A stretch of DNA of 64,000 nucleotides from Macrostomum hystrix (GCA_950097015.1 CATNEN010000005.1:4154001-4218000); one strand, 5' to 3'; shown: positions 25,647 through 38,756, counted from the first letter of the stretch. Notes: a model not told the origin generated them from the letters alone. Translations and numbers: made by a program.

Positions 25647-27087
25647 TTACAACTTGCCATTCAAACCAGACGTTCCACCACTGTCGCCGCCACCGCCGCT
25701 AGCGCCACTGGTTCCTCCCGTTATGGAGCCCCCCATCTCAATAAACTCGGCCGTTTTGATGAGAAACGCTGCCGCTTCACGAAAACTTCGAGACATGCGT
25801 CGAATCTGCAATTGGTTTTTTAGCTGATAATGACAACAAATTCTTGTGACGAAAACTATATTCATTTCGAACGCAACAGACCCAAAATGATGATGCTGCC
25901 ATTGGTTTGAGTGATGCTACCATTGGTTTGAGTGATGCAACCATTGGTCTGAGTGATGCTACCATTGGTTTGAGTCATGCTACCATTGGTTTGAGTGATG
26001 CTACCATTGGTTTGAGTGATGCTACCATTGGTTTGAGTCATGCTACCATTGGTTTGAGTGATGCTACCATTGGTTTGAGTCATGCTACCATTGGTTTGAG
26101 TGATGCTACCATTGGTCTGAGTGATGCTACCATTGGTCTGAGTGATGTTACCATTGGTCTGAGTGATGCTACCATTGGTCTGAGTGATGCTACCATTGGT
26201 CTGAGTGATGCAACCATTGGTCTGAGTGATGCTACCATTGGTCTGAGTGATGCTACCATTGGTCTGAGTGATGCTACCATTGGTCTGAGTGATGCTACCA
26301 TTGGTCTGAGTGATGCTACCATTGGTTTGAGTCATGCTACCATTGGTTTGAGTGATGCTACCATTGGTCTGAGTGATGCTACCATTGGTCTGAGTGATGC
26401 TACCATTGGTTTGAGTCATGCTACCATTGGTTTGAGTGATGCTACCATTGGTCTGAGTGATGCTACCATTGGTCTGAGTGATGCTACCATTGGTCTGAGT
26501 GATGCTACCATTGGTCTGAGTGATGCTACCATTGGTCTGAGTGATGCTACCATTGGTCTGAGTGATGCTACCATTGGTCTGAGTGATGCAACCATTGGTC
26601 TGAGTGATGCAACCATTGGTCTGAGTGATGCAACCATTGGTCTGAGTGATGCCACCAAATCACTTTTTGTCTTCGTTTTAAGGGCAAAGTTTGCCATAAT
26701 ATTCGTCATGAATAAGAAGCCTTTAGGCATGACAATCCGCAACAATGATCGCTCACTCACGGAACCATCTTTGTCGTCAGCGAGCTGATGACCGAGCTGA
26801 GCCCGGAACAGTGTCTCAAACGACTGCCAGTCCAGTTCGACTGGTCTGTCAACTCTATTCGCTCCGGCAGCCGCGGCGGCAGCGGCAGCAGCGGCGGCGG
26901 CAGCGGCAGCCGACGGCGGCATCAGCTGCGCCGCCGGACGCAACATCTGGGGAGCGAAGCGCAGGGGTAGAAACGGGGACGTCAGCGCTGCGGCCAGCGA
27001 TGGCGGAAAACCGAACGGTGTGGCGGTTGCAGCGGCGAGAGGGAATCGTGCAGCTGCGGCAGCTGCGACAGCTGCATTTGCCTGCAA

Positions 27088-27118
<31 letters not shown>

Positions 27119-30100
27119 TGCTGAAGTATTTGTTGCGTCTGGGCAACAATAGAAGTGGAGGCAGCGACAGGCAGTGTTGTCACTGATTGAATCGGCGTGG
27201 CGGCTGCAAAAAATTGTTGTGCAATCGGTTGCTGCTGCTGCAAAAGCGGCGGCTGCAGCTGCTGATTTGAAACACTCTGCTTTGTCTGCTTCGCGCGCAA
27301 TTGCTGGTGCTGCGGCTGCTGCTGCGGCTGCTGTGAACTCTCGGACGCTTTCGTTTTTATAACCGGCTGAGGCGACAGTTGCGGCGGTTCCGGCGGCGGC
27401 TGCGGTGAAGGTGGCGATGACGCTAGCTGCTGCTGCTGCTTGGCCGAGTTCGGGCTGGTGGCGATGGTCTGGCCGCACCGAGCCTGCAGCTCTCGCTCGC
27501 TGCTCAACGCTCGCTCGAGAATGCCTTCGGCGGTGGCTGAGGTCAGGTGGGATGGCGTAGTGCGCGGCTGCGAAACAAAAAGAAACAAGGAGTTCACCTA
27601 GCAGCTTCTGCAGTCACACAGTTCAACAAGCTACTGTTGCGAAATATTTACTGAACATGCTACTGACATTGGTTCGCATAAAACTACGGGAATATATTTT
27701 TAAGTCTAAAAGTTGATAAATATATATTTAAGTCCTTCAAGACAAGGATGGTCGCTTGTCAAACACTCGGAGAAATACCAACTTAAATTGTAGCTTCGAT
27801 ACCAGTTAAGACTCTAGCTTCGATACCAGTTAAGACTCTAGCTTCGATACCAGTTTAAATTCTAGCTTCGATACCAGTTAAGACTCTAGCTTCAATACCA
27901 GTTAAGACTATAGCTACGATACCAGTTAAGACTCTAGCTTCGATACCAGTTAAGACTCTAGCTTCGGTACCAGTTAAGTATCTAGCTTCGATACCAGTTA
28001 AGAATCTAGCTTCGATGCCAGTTAAGATCATAGCTTCGATACCAGTTAAGACTCTAGCTCCGATACCAGTTTCAATTCTAGCTTCGATACAAATTAACAT
28101 TTTCGGTCCATGGACTGAACAGCTGTACACAAGTTGGTCTACTTATCATTTCTATAATATTCAATATATAATTTAACTAGTCATGACCAATGTAAAATGT
28201 TATCTTTTTAGATTCTTGCCAACACCACTTCGATTCTGATATCGTAGCATCTACAGGTTGACGTGGTTTTTTAAAATTCAGCTTTCAATAATCTTCAAAT
28301 AATCCTTCGCAAACCCAGCTTAGCAAATTATTTCCAAAAGCAATTCGTAATCCCAATTTTTTGTCGTTGGAAACTTAAAAGGAATCTTAAAAGAATGAGA
28401 TGTTTTCAAAAAACGAACGAGACTTTGAGCAAGCTGAGAAGGCTTCTGAAGCGGGCCCAGTTTGACGAATCAAGAAATCGCAGGTGAAAAAATTATTTCA
28501 GCTAGCGGCTCCTTTGGCTGCTGGCGAACCGACAAACAGGCGAGGCGTTGAGCACCTGCTCATTCTTCTCGGGTTCTAAATCATCTGTATTGATTTTTCC
28601 AGTTGCCTCTAGCTGGTGTTTAGGATCTGGACAACAAGAAAATTGGTGCAATTTTCATCCTATTCCCAGCCGAAGCTTCTACCCCTGGTTCGCCTCATAC
28701 GAGTAATTTAAGGGGAGGTTGCGCATAGCGCCAGATGCGCAAGATTTGAGTAGTTTCTTGCTAGCAGGGAACGTCCGTTAGGAGGCTTGTTTTTTATGCT
28801 TTCAACCTTTAACATTAGAAATAATAACTATAGAAGTTTGAGTTGTGACTGTTATCGAAGCTAGAATTGTGACTGGTACCGAAGCTAGAATTGTGACTGT
28901 TATCGAAGCTAGAATTGTGACTGGAATCGAAGCTTGAATTATGACTAGTATTAAGCTTGAACTATGACTAGTATCGAAGCTAGAATTGTGACTGGAATCG
29001 AAGCTTGAACTGTAACCAGTATCGAAGCTTGAACTGTAACCAGTATCGAAGCTTGAACTGTAACCAGTATCGAAGCTTGAACTGTAACCAGTATCGAAGC
29101 TTGAACTGTAACCAGTATCGAAGCTTGAACTGTAACCAGTATCGAAGCTTGAACTGTAACCAGTATCGAAGCTTGAACTGTAACCAGTATCGAAGCTTGA
29201 ACTGTAACCAGTATCGAAGCTTGAACTGTAACCAGTATCGAAGCTTGAACTGTAACCAGTATCGAAGCTTGAACTGTAACCAGTATCGAAGCTTGAACTG
29301 TAACCAGTATCGAAGCTTGAACTGTAACCAGTATCGAAGCTTGAACTGTAACCAGTATCGAAGCTTGAACTGTAACCAGTATCGAAGCTTGAACTGTAAC
29401 CAGTATCGAAGCTAGAATTTTAATAGTATCGAAGCTGGATGGAATCCGCGTCAGATCGGATTCAAGCAACGCCGCGACCTGCGGTCATGTCGCCAGTGAC
29501 TTTTGACTCTTTGTTGAAACTGGACAAGTGTATAAACTTTTCATCTCTCCTATTAGAGATTGACATTCCCTACCGTTTTCGCCGTCGTCTCCGCTGGAAG
29601 TCCGCCGTGTTTTCTACCGTTGCGTCGGCAGGCCTTCAGGTAGGTCCGCACTCGTTTTCTGGCCCGATCGAACAGCTCCGGAAACTGTCTCTCGCACGCG
29701 TCCAAAATGCCGTTGAGCTTGTCCTTGGGCTGCTTGGAGATCGGCACCATTCGGTCCATGTTATCGTCTACGAAGAACCTGACGAAGAGCTGTTTGAAAA
29801 AGTCTAAATTGGTTAATTGTAAAGAGTTTCTCATACCCAAGAGCAGAACCAATGGCTCACATTGAAGGCCTTGACGCGCTCTTCGTCGACCACAGCCGCG
29901 CTGTCAGCGCTACTTTGCGGCTCTTCATCATCCTCTTCTTCTTCTTCCTCTTCCTCGTCCTCGTCGGGATCTTCGCAATCCTTTTTGATTGATTTCTTTG
30001 CCTCCTTGGCGTCCAGAGCGGCATTGGAGCACTGCGAAAGCGATGAAAGCGTTGACGAAAAATAGGATCTCAAAGCCAAATCGAAAAACGCACAATGGAC

Positions 30101-30440
30101 ATCTCACCTGAGCTTGCCCAGTCTCGCCATGCTCTTCCTTGGAGCCGCTGTGTTTGCGCTTTCTTGACGATACGTCTCCATTGACATTTGGCGTCTCGCC
30201 GGCCTTAGTCTGATCCTGGCGACCACTCAAATCAATGGCTGGGGGCTCAATGTTCTCAGGAATTGAAGTATCTTTAACTTTGTCGACTGTCTCGATTGTG
30301 TTATCTACCGGGGCCTCTAGCGCTACTGCCGGTGCGTCGGCGGCAGCCGTGGTGGCAGCGGCTGCGGCAGCGGAGTTTCGAGTTCGACAACGAGCACCTT
30401 GCGATCGAGGCTTCATCGCGCTCGTGTTGGCGTTGCGCAT
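25647..30440 (-). CDS. nol4: NOL4/NOL4L-like protein, 5 coding exons identified, ~567 aa (5' end uncertain)
   Basis: Phase-0 exons 30440-30108, 30031-29861, 29789-29574, 27567-26761 and 25823-25647, all GT-AG. Family motifs: ERVKAFN|[22 protein letters not shown]...[28 protein letters not shown], and C-terminal [13 protein letters not shown]. Confidence 0.9.
25897..26655. repeat. 21-bp minisatellite (GAGTGATGCTACCATTGGTCT)n in the last NOL4-like intron
   Basis: Period 21. Confidence 0.97.
27785..28090 (+). repeat. 24-bp minisatellite (CTAGCTTCGATACCAGTTAAGACT)n
   Basis: Direct reading; intronic. Confidence 0.9.
28850..29437 (-). repeat. 24-bp minisatellite (GTATCGAAGCTTGAACTGTAACCA)n, inverted relative to the 27785-28090 array
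   Basis: Core GTATCGAAGCT is the reverse complement of AGCTTCGATAC. Confidence 0.92.
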
Positions 30441-31689
30441 TATTCGACTGAAATTAAAACGAACAAGAAAGGGTTTGAAACAATATTAAAACAGTCGAGC
30501 AGACAGGTAAATTGACGGTGCACTGTCGGACGTTGGTTGGTGGTCGGGTCGTACGAGCTGCTGCGCCGGCGCGTTTTGCCACTAAAAATTGAGGCGATAC
30601 AGGAAAGAGGAGGGACCGGCAGACCAAAGCTTGGGAGGGGGGTGCAGACTTGGGCTGGGCCAGGCGCACTGGAGGTCGCCTCCTTTCTCCCAACCTCAGA
30701 GCCCAGGTTCCCAACCCCCCGGTCGCTTTTTTCTCGCGCCCCCTCCACCCGGCCCTTTCCAAGCAAGGATTCCGGGGATTCGCTCTCGAGTGTGTCGCCG
30801 GGGAGCCCAGAAACTCCCCCCTCTCTCTCGCCTTCTCTCTGTGTCTCCTAGCTCCTAACAACGCACCCCACTCTCCTATCCGCAACCCAACGCGACTGGG
30901 AGGGGAAATGAGGGAAGAGAGAGAGAGGGGCAGCCCGCGGGTAGTAGTTGGACCCACCCACTAGGGGGGGGTCGGTTGGTGCACACGCCGTCCTATATAC
31001 TTCCTCTGTGTGTCTCACAGCCCGCCGCCTTGCCCTCCCGACAGTTGTCGCCCAAAATCCTCAGCCGCGCACACACAGGCGCACGCAGGCATACACAAAG
31101 AATCCACTATACTCACCAAGGGGCGCACAGCATTGGAGGAAAGGAAAAGGGGTCTGTAGCTGGAGTAGCAATGCGTCTCTCGCAATGCACCCCTTTTTGA
31201 GTGCCAGTCGTTATAAATGCAAACTTGGAGGGCCCCTTAAAGCCCATGACTTCCAGTAGGGAATTTCCACGGATTTATCCCTATAGCATCTTCCTCATTC
31301 AGTGCTGATGTAGTGGCGTTTGCAGATCAGTAAAATGGGACTCCCGGCTCTACACCCCCTCCTTTAGCTCACCTTCTTCCCACCCTACCTGGCTTTTGTA
31401 TACATATGTTTGACCCGCATTTTTCAAACTGAACGTTTTGGTTTCCTTCTCGTATTCTATAGGAGATGGAGACAGAAAACTAGACTCTACAACTAGAGAC
31501 TTTGAGTCCGACTGGTACACCTTTGGAGTCATCTCAAAGGATGAATCTATAGGGATTTCTAAATACAACTATAGCTTAATTTGCTGATCAAATAATTATG
31601 TAAAAATTTTTTCTTCGATTATTTGTTTTTCTTTAACACAGATCGATCGAATTCGTTGAAAGAACTGAAAATTGAATCTTTGATCTGAG

Positions 31690-31920
31690 AGGGAGGGAGT
31701 GAGAGGGAGAGGGAGAGAGAGGGAGAGAGTGGGAGAGGGAGAAGGGAGAAAGAGACAGGGAGAAGGAGAGAAGGAGAAAAAGAGAGAAAAAAGGAGAGAG
31801 GAAGAGAGTAAGAGTGAGAAAGAGAGAGGAAGAGAGAGTGCGTGAGAGACTTGAGAGAGGGAGAACGAGAGAGACAAAGAGAGAGAGGGAGGGAGGGAGG
31901 GAGTGAAGGGAGCAGAGAGG
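31690..31920. repeat. GA-rich low-complexity tract
   Basis: Direct reading. Confidence 0.85.
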
Positions 31921-32524
31921 AATATAGAAAGCGAGAGTAGAAGAATAGAATAATTCAAGTAAGCTAGGCAGTGCCCACAACGAGCTTTACCTTTATTAAT
32001 TCTCCCACACTTCCATAAGCCGACCCTGGTGGGCGGGGAGGCGCACGGGGTGGAGACTAGTAGGAGAAAGAATAGACTAGCGAGAATAGACTGGGATGAA
32101 AAAAGGGGAGCAGCCAGTGGGAGTTGGCGGATTTAGTCCGGATGGCGGAGGGGAAATAAGGGGACGAAAGGCTGGGAGGGCGGACTTCAGTTCCCAGATC
32201 CCCAGTCTCCAGCTCAGCTCCCCGTCCAGACCCCCATTCAGCCAAGAGGGGGTGCGGCTGGTTGCTGCCGTTAAGGTTTGCCTGGGCGAGGAGCGACTGC
32301 AGTCGATGCAAGTCGAAACACACACACTAAAAAGCCTCACCGTCTATCCGAAAGCCTGCTCAACGGGGAGGGCAAGCGGGACGATGGGGCGCGGTGACTC
32401 TGGACTATCCCTACCGCCCTTCATTTTCTTCTCTCTCTCGCAATACCCTCCTTATTTTAGGCTGACCTGCCTGAGTGGGCCAGCTCAGATTTTTCTACGT
32501 TTTCCCTCTTTTATCGTCCGACAT

Positions 32525-33945
32525 GAATCTTCCCAAACTAGAATCTTCCGAAACTAGAATCTTCACAAACTAAAATCTTTCTTAACTAGAATCTTCCTAG
32601 ACTAGAAACTTCAGAAACTTCCCAAAATAGAATCTTCCCAAACTAGAATCTTCCCAAACTAGAATCTTCCCAAATTAGAATCTTCCAAAACTAGAAACTT
32701 GCCAAACTAGAAACTTCCCAAAATAGAATCTTCCTAAACTAGAATCTTCCAAAACTAGAATCTTCCCAAAATAGAATCTTCCTAAACTAGAATCTTCCAA
32801 AACTAGAATCTTCCCAAACTAGAAACTTGCCAAAATAGAATCTTCCTAAACTAGAATCTTCCAAAACTAGAATCTTCCAAAACTAGAATCTTCCCAAACT
32901 AGAAACTTGCCAAAATAGAATCTTCCTAAACTAGAATCTTCCAAAACTAGAATCTTCCCAAACTAGAAACTTGCCAAACTAGAATCTTCCTAAACTAGAA
33001 ACTTCCAAAACTAGAATCTTCCCAAACTAGAAACTTCCCAAAAAAGAATCTTCCTAAACTAGAAACTTCCCAAACTAGAAACTTGCCAAAATAGAATCTT
33101 CCTAAACTAGAATCTTCCAAAACTAGAATCTTCCAAAACTAGAATCTTCCCAAACTAGAAACTTGCCAAAATAGAATCTTCCTAAACTAGAATCTTCCTA
33201 AACTAGAAACTTCCAAAACTAGAATCTTCCCAAACTAGAAACTTGCCAAACTAGAAGCTTTCCAAAATAGAATCTTCCTAAACTAGAATCTTCCAAAACT
33301 AGAAACTTCCCAAAATAGAACCTTCCTAAACTAGAATCTTCCCAAACTAGAAACTTCCCAAAATAGAATCTTCCTAAACTAGAAACTTCCAAAACTAGAA
33401 TCTTCCCAAACTAGAAACTTGCCAAACTAGAAACTTTCCAAAATAGAATCTTCCTAAACTAGAATCTTCCCAAACTAGAAACTTCCTAAACTAGAATCTT
33501 CCTAAACTAGAATCTTCCTAAACTAGAAACTTCCAAAACTAGAATCTTCCCAAACTAGAAACTTGCCAAACTAGAAGCTTTCCAAAATAGAATCTTCCTA
33601 AACTAGAATCTTCCAAAACTAGAAACTTCCCAAAATAGAACCTTCCTAAACTAGAATCTTCCCAAACTAGAAACTTCCCAAAATAGAACCTTCCTAAACT
33701 AGAAACTTCCAAAACTAGAATCTTCCCAAACTAGAAACTTTCCAAAATAGAATCTTCCAAAATAGAATCTTCCTAAACTAGAATCTTCCCAAACTAGAAA
33801 CTTCCTAAACTAGAATCTTCCTAAACTAGAAACTTGCCAAACTAGAATCTTCCCAAACTAGAATCTTCCCAAACTAGAAACTTGCCAAACTAGAATCTTC
33901 CTAAACTAGAAACTTGCCAAACTAGAATCTTCGAAAATTAGACTT
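32525..33945 (-). repeat. 16-bp minisatellite (AAACTAGAATCTTCCC)n with variant units
   Basis: Period 16; its reverse complement GGGAAGATTCTAGTTT resembles the 8690-9100 unit. Confidence 0.95.
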
Positions 33946-34284
33946 TTACCAAACCAGAAGATTACAAATGATAACATCAGTCTTTCATTCCAGTACTAAG
34001 TACTTCCAGTTAATCATTCTTGATTAACTAAGTAAACAATTTTTTTATAATGAAAACTTATTACATTTATAATTTAGCCTTAATAATTATGACGCAAAAA
34101 ATTAAAAACACATGTGACCGATGCTACTATAAGTATGGACATAACAAAATCGACACAAATTTTGGCTCTCACTTGCTATAAAAAATTGAAGCATTAATTA
34201 GCAAAAACCGTTTTTAGAAAAGCAGACAAGTCTGTTTTTTAAACTGTTGGGCTATTTGTACAGCTACAGCTGTAGCTGCAATTT

Positions 34285-34357
34285 TCCTCGAGCATGGAGA
34301 TTCGAACTCCCGACCTCTCTATCAGAAGGGCGATGCACTTACCACGGGACTACAAAC
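34285..34357 (-). mobile_element. tRNA-like SINE head or tRNA pseudogene
   Basis: Minus strand TAGTCCCGTGG (A-box-like) ... GTTCGAATC (B box); no convincing acceptor stem. Confidence 0.5.
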
Positions 34358-34487
34358 TACCAATGCGCATATTTTAACCGTGGATATTGAAAAGCATTGG
34401 AATACGGTAAGTGTGCACACGCCGAATAAATATAAATTCGTTACATCAGCTAATCAAACGTCATTGTTGCATTATAGCTCACAATGA

Positions 34488-36275
34488 TTATAATGCTTCA
34501 TCCGGATTCAAGGACACTCGCTTGGTCAGCCTGCTCTGCCTGTCCACAACTGAGTGATAGAAAACATGTTTCTTGCCCTCCTTTTTCCCGGGAATGGCCT
34601 GGCTAGTGATGCCCTCGTTAACGGCTAGAATCATGCCCTCGAGGTCTTCGTTCTCGTATCGACTCTCAATCACGTCGCAGAGAGTCTGGATGAAGATGGA
34701 GCCTCTGTCGGGACTCCTGTAGGCCGGCGAGTCCTCCGTGTTGGCGAAGCAGATGAGAAAGTCGCTCTCGTTTGGAATGAAGCTCGCGTCTTTCACTGGC
34801 ACGTCGCCATCGCGTTGAATGCACACCGACGATGCGCGCTCGGCCTCAAGGTGTGAGCGCACCGCCACCTGTTCGACACTGCCGCGACAGGCCTGCAAGA
34901 AGAACAGCTTCGGCTTTCGATCCAAGCCGTAGCACTTGCTTGGTTGAAACAGCATGGTCAGCTCTTTGATCATCTGGAACTGGCCGTCGCGACCATAGAT
35001 GGCGCCGTTGGTTCCGTGAGCCATGAGGAAGCAGACGAGAGTGCCGTATCTACTGTGGTTTAGCTGAGCGATCTTCGACAGCTCCCAAAAGATTTCTTTG
35101 CCCGTGAGATTTCGCCTGACCGTAACTTTGAAGCGCAAAGATTCGAAAAGCTTTTCAACTCGCATCACATCCAGCTCGGAGCCTGTGCGATTGGAAAACT
35201 GCGATTCCTTGTCGTAGATTTCGATATTGATAATTACACAATGACCCTGTGGGTCCCTCACAGGATAATAACGAATTGAAGTCCTGAAAAAAGAAAAGTT
35301 TTACAGAACAGATAAATGTTTTTTGAAAAGCTCTACTTTTCTTGCTCTAGGCTTACATCGTCTGTGACCTCATCAGCAGTTTTGTCGGTTCTCGTGTCAT
35401 TGGTGGTGGATTTAACCTGCAATTAATTGCAACCAACCGTTATGAGAAAGCAATGACGTTGACTACTGACTTACCTACGTCCTTACTTACTCGACGCTTG
35501 ATATCTGTCTGATGAAGCTCTTAGAACGAGGCACAGGTTCTGCTAGATCCTCTGCTCCTCCGATCTCCTCTTCCGAGAAGTCATCGTCGGAGTCGAGGCT
35601 AAAGGAAATAGAAAGAGTTAATGAAGACACAAATCGCAAAGCTCTAGAGCCAAAAATGAATCTATAATTTCATTCTTACTTGTCTGTCTTGAAGCCGCGC
35701 TTCGCGGTTGACCTACAATCGAGCAGAATAAACATATGCGAATCAAGTAACTCAGGAGACAAGTCCTTTGCAATCAACAATTTAGCGAATATAGCCAGCT
35801 GAAAAACGAATGTAATTCACCAGTTTCTCAGCAGTTGCACAATGTCCCAGTGTTCGTGCATCTCCGCCAAGGATTCGGCGGTGTCGCCGTCTATGTCTAG
35901 AGCGCCGGGGTCGCTGCCGAGTTGCAGCAGTTCGCTGGCAGCTTCCAGCTTTCCTTTCCAGCAAGCCAGCATCAGCGGTGTGCAGCCCAACTGTTTCTCT
36001 CTGGCCTCGAGATTCGCACTTGCGTTCGCTAATAGACGCAGTACAGCCAAATTGTTGGACTCGGCTGCCCAGTGCAGCGGAGTAAGTGCCTGCGGATCCC
36101 TGACGTTTTTGTCTGCGCCCAGGCTCAGCAGGAGTCGAACGCAGTCGGAGTGGCTCGATTTTGGTCCCGACTCGCCGCCCCAGGCAGCTCGCAACAGCGG
36201 AGTCTGGCCCCACTGGTCCCGACGGTTGACGTTCTGCCTGGTCGCTTGCTGGCGTAGTCGCTTCTCATCGCCCAT
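34488..36275 (-). CDS. Ankyrin-repeat-caspase fusion protein A (~483 aa; ~4 ANK repeats, acidic linker, caspase p20/p10)
   Basis: Exons 36275-35821, 35712-35680, 35598-35491, 35416-35357 and 35283-34488, all joined by phase-2 GT-AG introns; total 1452 nt, open. ANK motifs GQTPLLRAA, LTPLHWAA, GCTPLMLAC. Caspase motifs CVIIN, RTGS, MAHG, QACRG, SDFL, AYR..GSIFIQTLC. The start codon could lie further upstream. Confidence 0.9.
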
Positions 36276-36474
36276 TAGAGCCAGATTGCTCAGGGTGTTG
36301 GCCAGCTTTTGCAAGGTAGGCGGGGTGGGTGTCAAAATCTGAGCTTCTCTCAACCGAGATTCAATTTGAAACTTAAAGCGTCTCTAAACAAAAACAATTT
36401 ATCAGCAAAAAAAGTATAAATAAATTTTTAGGCACTCTCGGGAAAGTAAATTACAAAGTTAGGGAAACAACTCG

Positions 36475-36690
36475 CCAGGGCCGCCCTAGAGGACCAACCT
36501 CCAAGGCACAGTGAAGTGTACACAGCCTGACGATGAGAAAGTCAGGGCAGATGTACACACCTGTGTGAGGGGATGTCTGCGTGTCAGCGGAATGGGCAGA
36601 ATTGCCTCCTTCCTGGCTGCGGGTCTAGTGTCACCAAATGAGGTGCCATTGCCCGCAGCACTCCTACAATTATTATAATATTATTGCTTA
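36475..36690 (+). mobile_element. SINE family A, 5'-truncated copy
   Basis: Reverse complement of the 39520-39872 body; ends ...GCAGCACTCCTACAATTATTAT. Confidence 0.8.
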
Positions 36691-37574
36691 GCGCTCCTTA
36701 AGTAATTAGTTTATTAAGAAACAAAAAATGTTCTTTTGCATTGCGAAAAATACGCTTTTGCTGCGAATCATGCCCTCAATTTACAGTAGCGCTAAATTTC
36801 TCGGTATTTTTAGCCCTAACCTCTCACAATGCCTGAAGTCGTATTCTCTAACCCCCCTAGTCGTTTGTCATCGCGTCTTTCGCAATTTAGGCTCAGTGCG
36901 AGGACATTCAGCCACAAGCATTTGGACGAACCGCATGTTTTGTGCCACACAGTTCGCTGGCAATAATAAAAATAACAGGCAAAAGTTTCTGAGAATATGG
37001 TACTGATGCTTACCTTCACATGTTCATCTGTCTGATTTACTTTGCTACGGCTTGATGAAGCCATACAGTGCAAAGTATAAAGGGATAAATCTCCACAGGA
37101 AACTGAAACTGATAAAGAAGTACTGGCCAGCGAATTCGTTGTTTGAAATTTCGAAACTAGCTTACGTTGTTACAGTACACTTTAAATAACCATTTTTAGG
37201 AACACAAGACTTTACGATTCTAATTCAAACTTAGACTCAGTGTAGCTAGTGGCTTCGTCCAAGTTGAGAACAATGGCATTTGAGCGAAGCATCGTAAGAG
37301 AGAGAGAGAGCTCTTATGTCAAGAAATAAACATAAAATGCACAATTGAGAGACTGCACAATGTCAGTGGAATGAGGGCTTAGGAAAAAAGTACAAAGTCC
37401 TAACAAAACCAACACGGATGGTCGAGTTATTAAATTTTCTGGCAAAGCATCCTCGAGAGGTTTTAGAGAGTGATTTTTCGTTGCAGTAATAAGTCCTTAT
37501 TACTAAATTGATAAGCAGTACGGTAAAACACGCAGTTGTAAGGTACTGACAATGCCTTCCAGTACAGCTGAAAT

Positions 37575-37935
37575 ATAAAAAAATTGCAGGAGGGCTGCGG
37601 GCCATGCCAAATCATTTGGTGACAGTCTAACCGCAGCCAGTTAGGACGCAATTCTGCCCATTTCGCTAACTCCTGAGCACACACGCACACAGATACTGTA
37701 CTCAGACACACACTTACTCAGGTGAGTACATCTGCCCTGACCTTCTCATCGTCAGGCAGTGTGCACTTTCACTGTGCCTTGGAGGTTGGCCCTCAAAGGC
37801 GTAAATTGCTTGACAAGCCCCCAAGCCTTCTCTCTGCGACAGCGTCCCAAATGAATGTGGCCTCGCCACGGAATCGAGCTCAGGGACCTTGGTGCGAGAG
37901 GCAGAGGCGTTAGACCATCCTGTCACTCAACCACC
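37575..37935 (-). mobile_element. SINE family A, near full-length (tRNA head)
   Basis: Colinear with 39520-39872; B-box-like GCTCGATTCC; tail GCAGCCCTCCTGCAATTTTT. Confidence 0.85.
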
Positions 37936-38519
37936 TTTTTACCTCCATCGTTCACCCACTTTAAAAATATTCCAGGTATTTTTTTTACATCAATTATCCT
38001 TCTTTACGGAGTTGTTGAGACACACATTTTTTATAAACAAACGCAAATCAGCTCCTACAGTTATGTATGTATTTCACATCTGAAAGAAATACATAAAGTC
38101 TTAAATTACTAAAAAACGAAAAAATGACGCACAGCAAAGAAATAGTGCTTGATTGAAAAGTCGTACACAAAGTGTGGCAATAATTGTTTTTCGAACACAC
38201 GAGACTTTGATCTTATACGAGTACATACTCGAGAAAATAATATCATTCAAAGAATGTACGAGCTAATATACGGTTATAATAGAAATAATAATTCAACGAG
38301 GCAGTATTACAGTGATTGCATTGTATTTTTTCACAGACTGATTTACCATACGGTTTAATGGGGCTAAGTGGCATAGCGTTAATGCGTAAACAAAGTTCTT
38401 AAGCTCGAATACATGGTGAGGCCACACTCATTTACATAGCTAAAGTCAGGACAATTGTACATCCCCGTTGGTGTTTGAGTTGATTATAATAATAATTGAT
38501 CACATCTGCCCCAATTGGG

Positions 38520-38670
38520 TCAGATGTGCAGCCGACAGCACAGCCGCAGCTATTGCGCGGTGCATCTGAAGGCAGCGAACGGCTGTTCAGTCCATGGACT
38601 GGGGGGACGCCACACCAACCGTGATGCGTAATAGCCCGTAGCCCTCCTGCAATTTTTATTTTATTCTACC
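38520..38670 (+). mobile_element. Retroposon 3' fragment ending in the SINE-A-type tail
   Basis: Ends GTAGCCCTCCTGCAATTTTTATTTTATT, but the upstream body differs from SINE A. Confidence 0.45.
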
Positions 38671-38756
38671 GTATGGCTTAGATCAACCACCGTGACAGAG
38701 TTTTTCTAAACAAATAAAAAAGAATTGAATTTGCAAAACTAATACCGAAGCCTCCT

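Noticed and set aside
26416-26760. C-terminal part of the 393-aa ORF
   Set aside because: It is read-through past the donor at 26760 into the intron and the 21-bp repeat.
35817-36353. Stand-alone ankyrin proteins (also 41407-41880)
   Set aside because: The stop codons overlap GT donors, and the downstream exons continue in frame into caspase domains.
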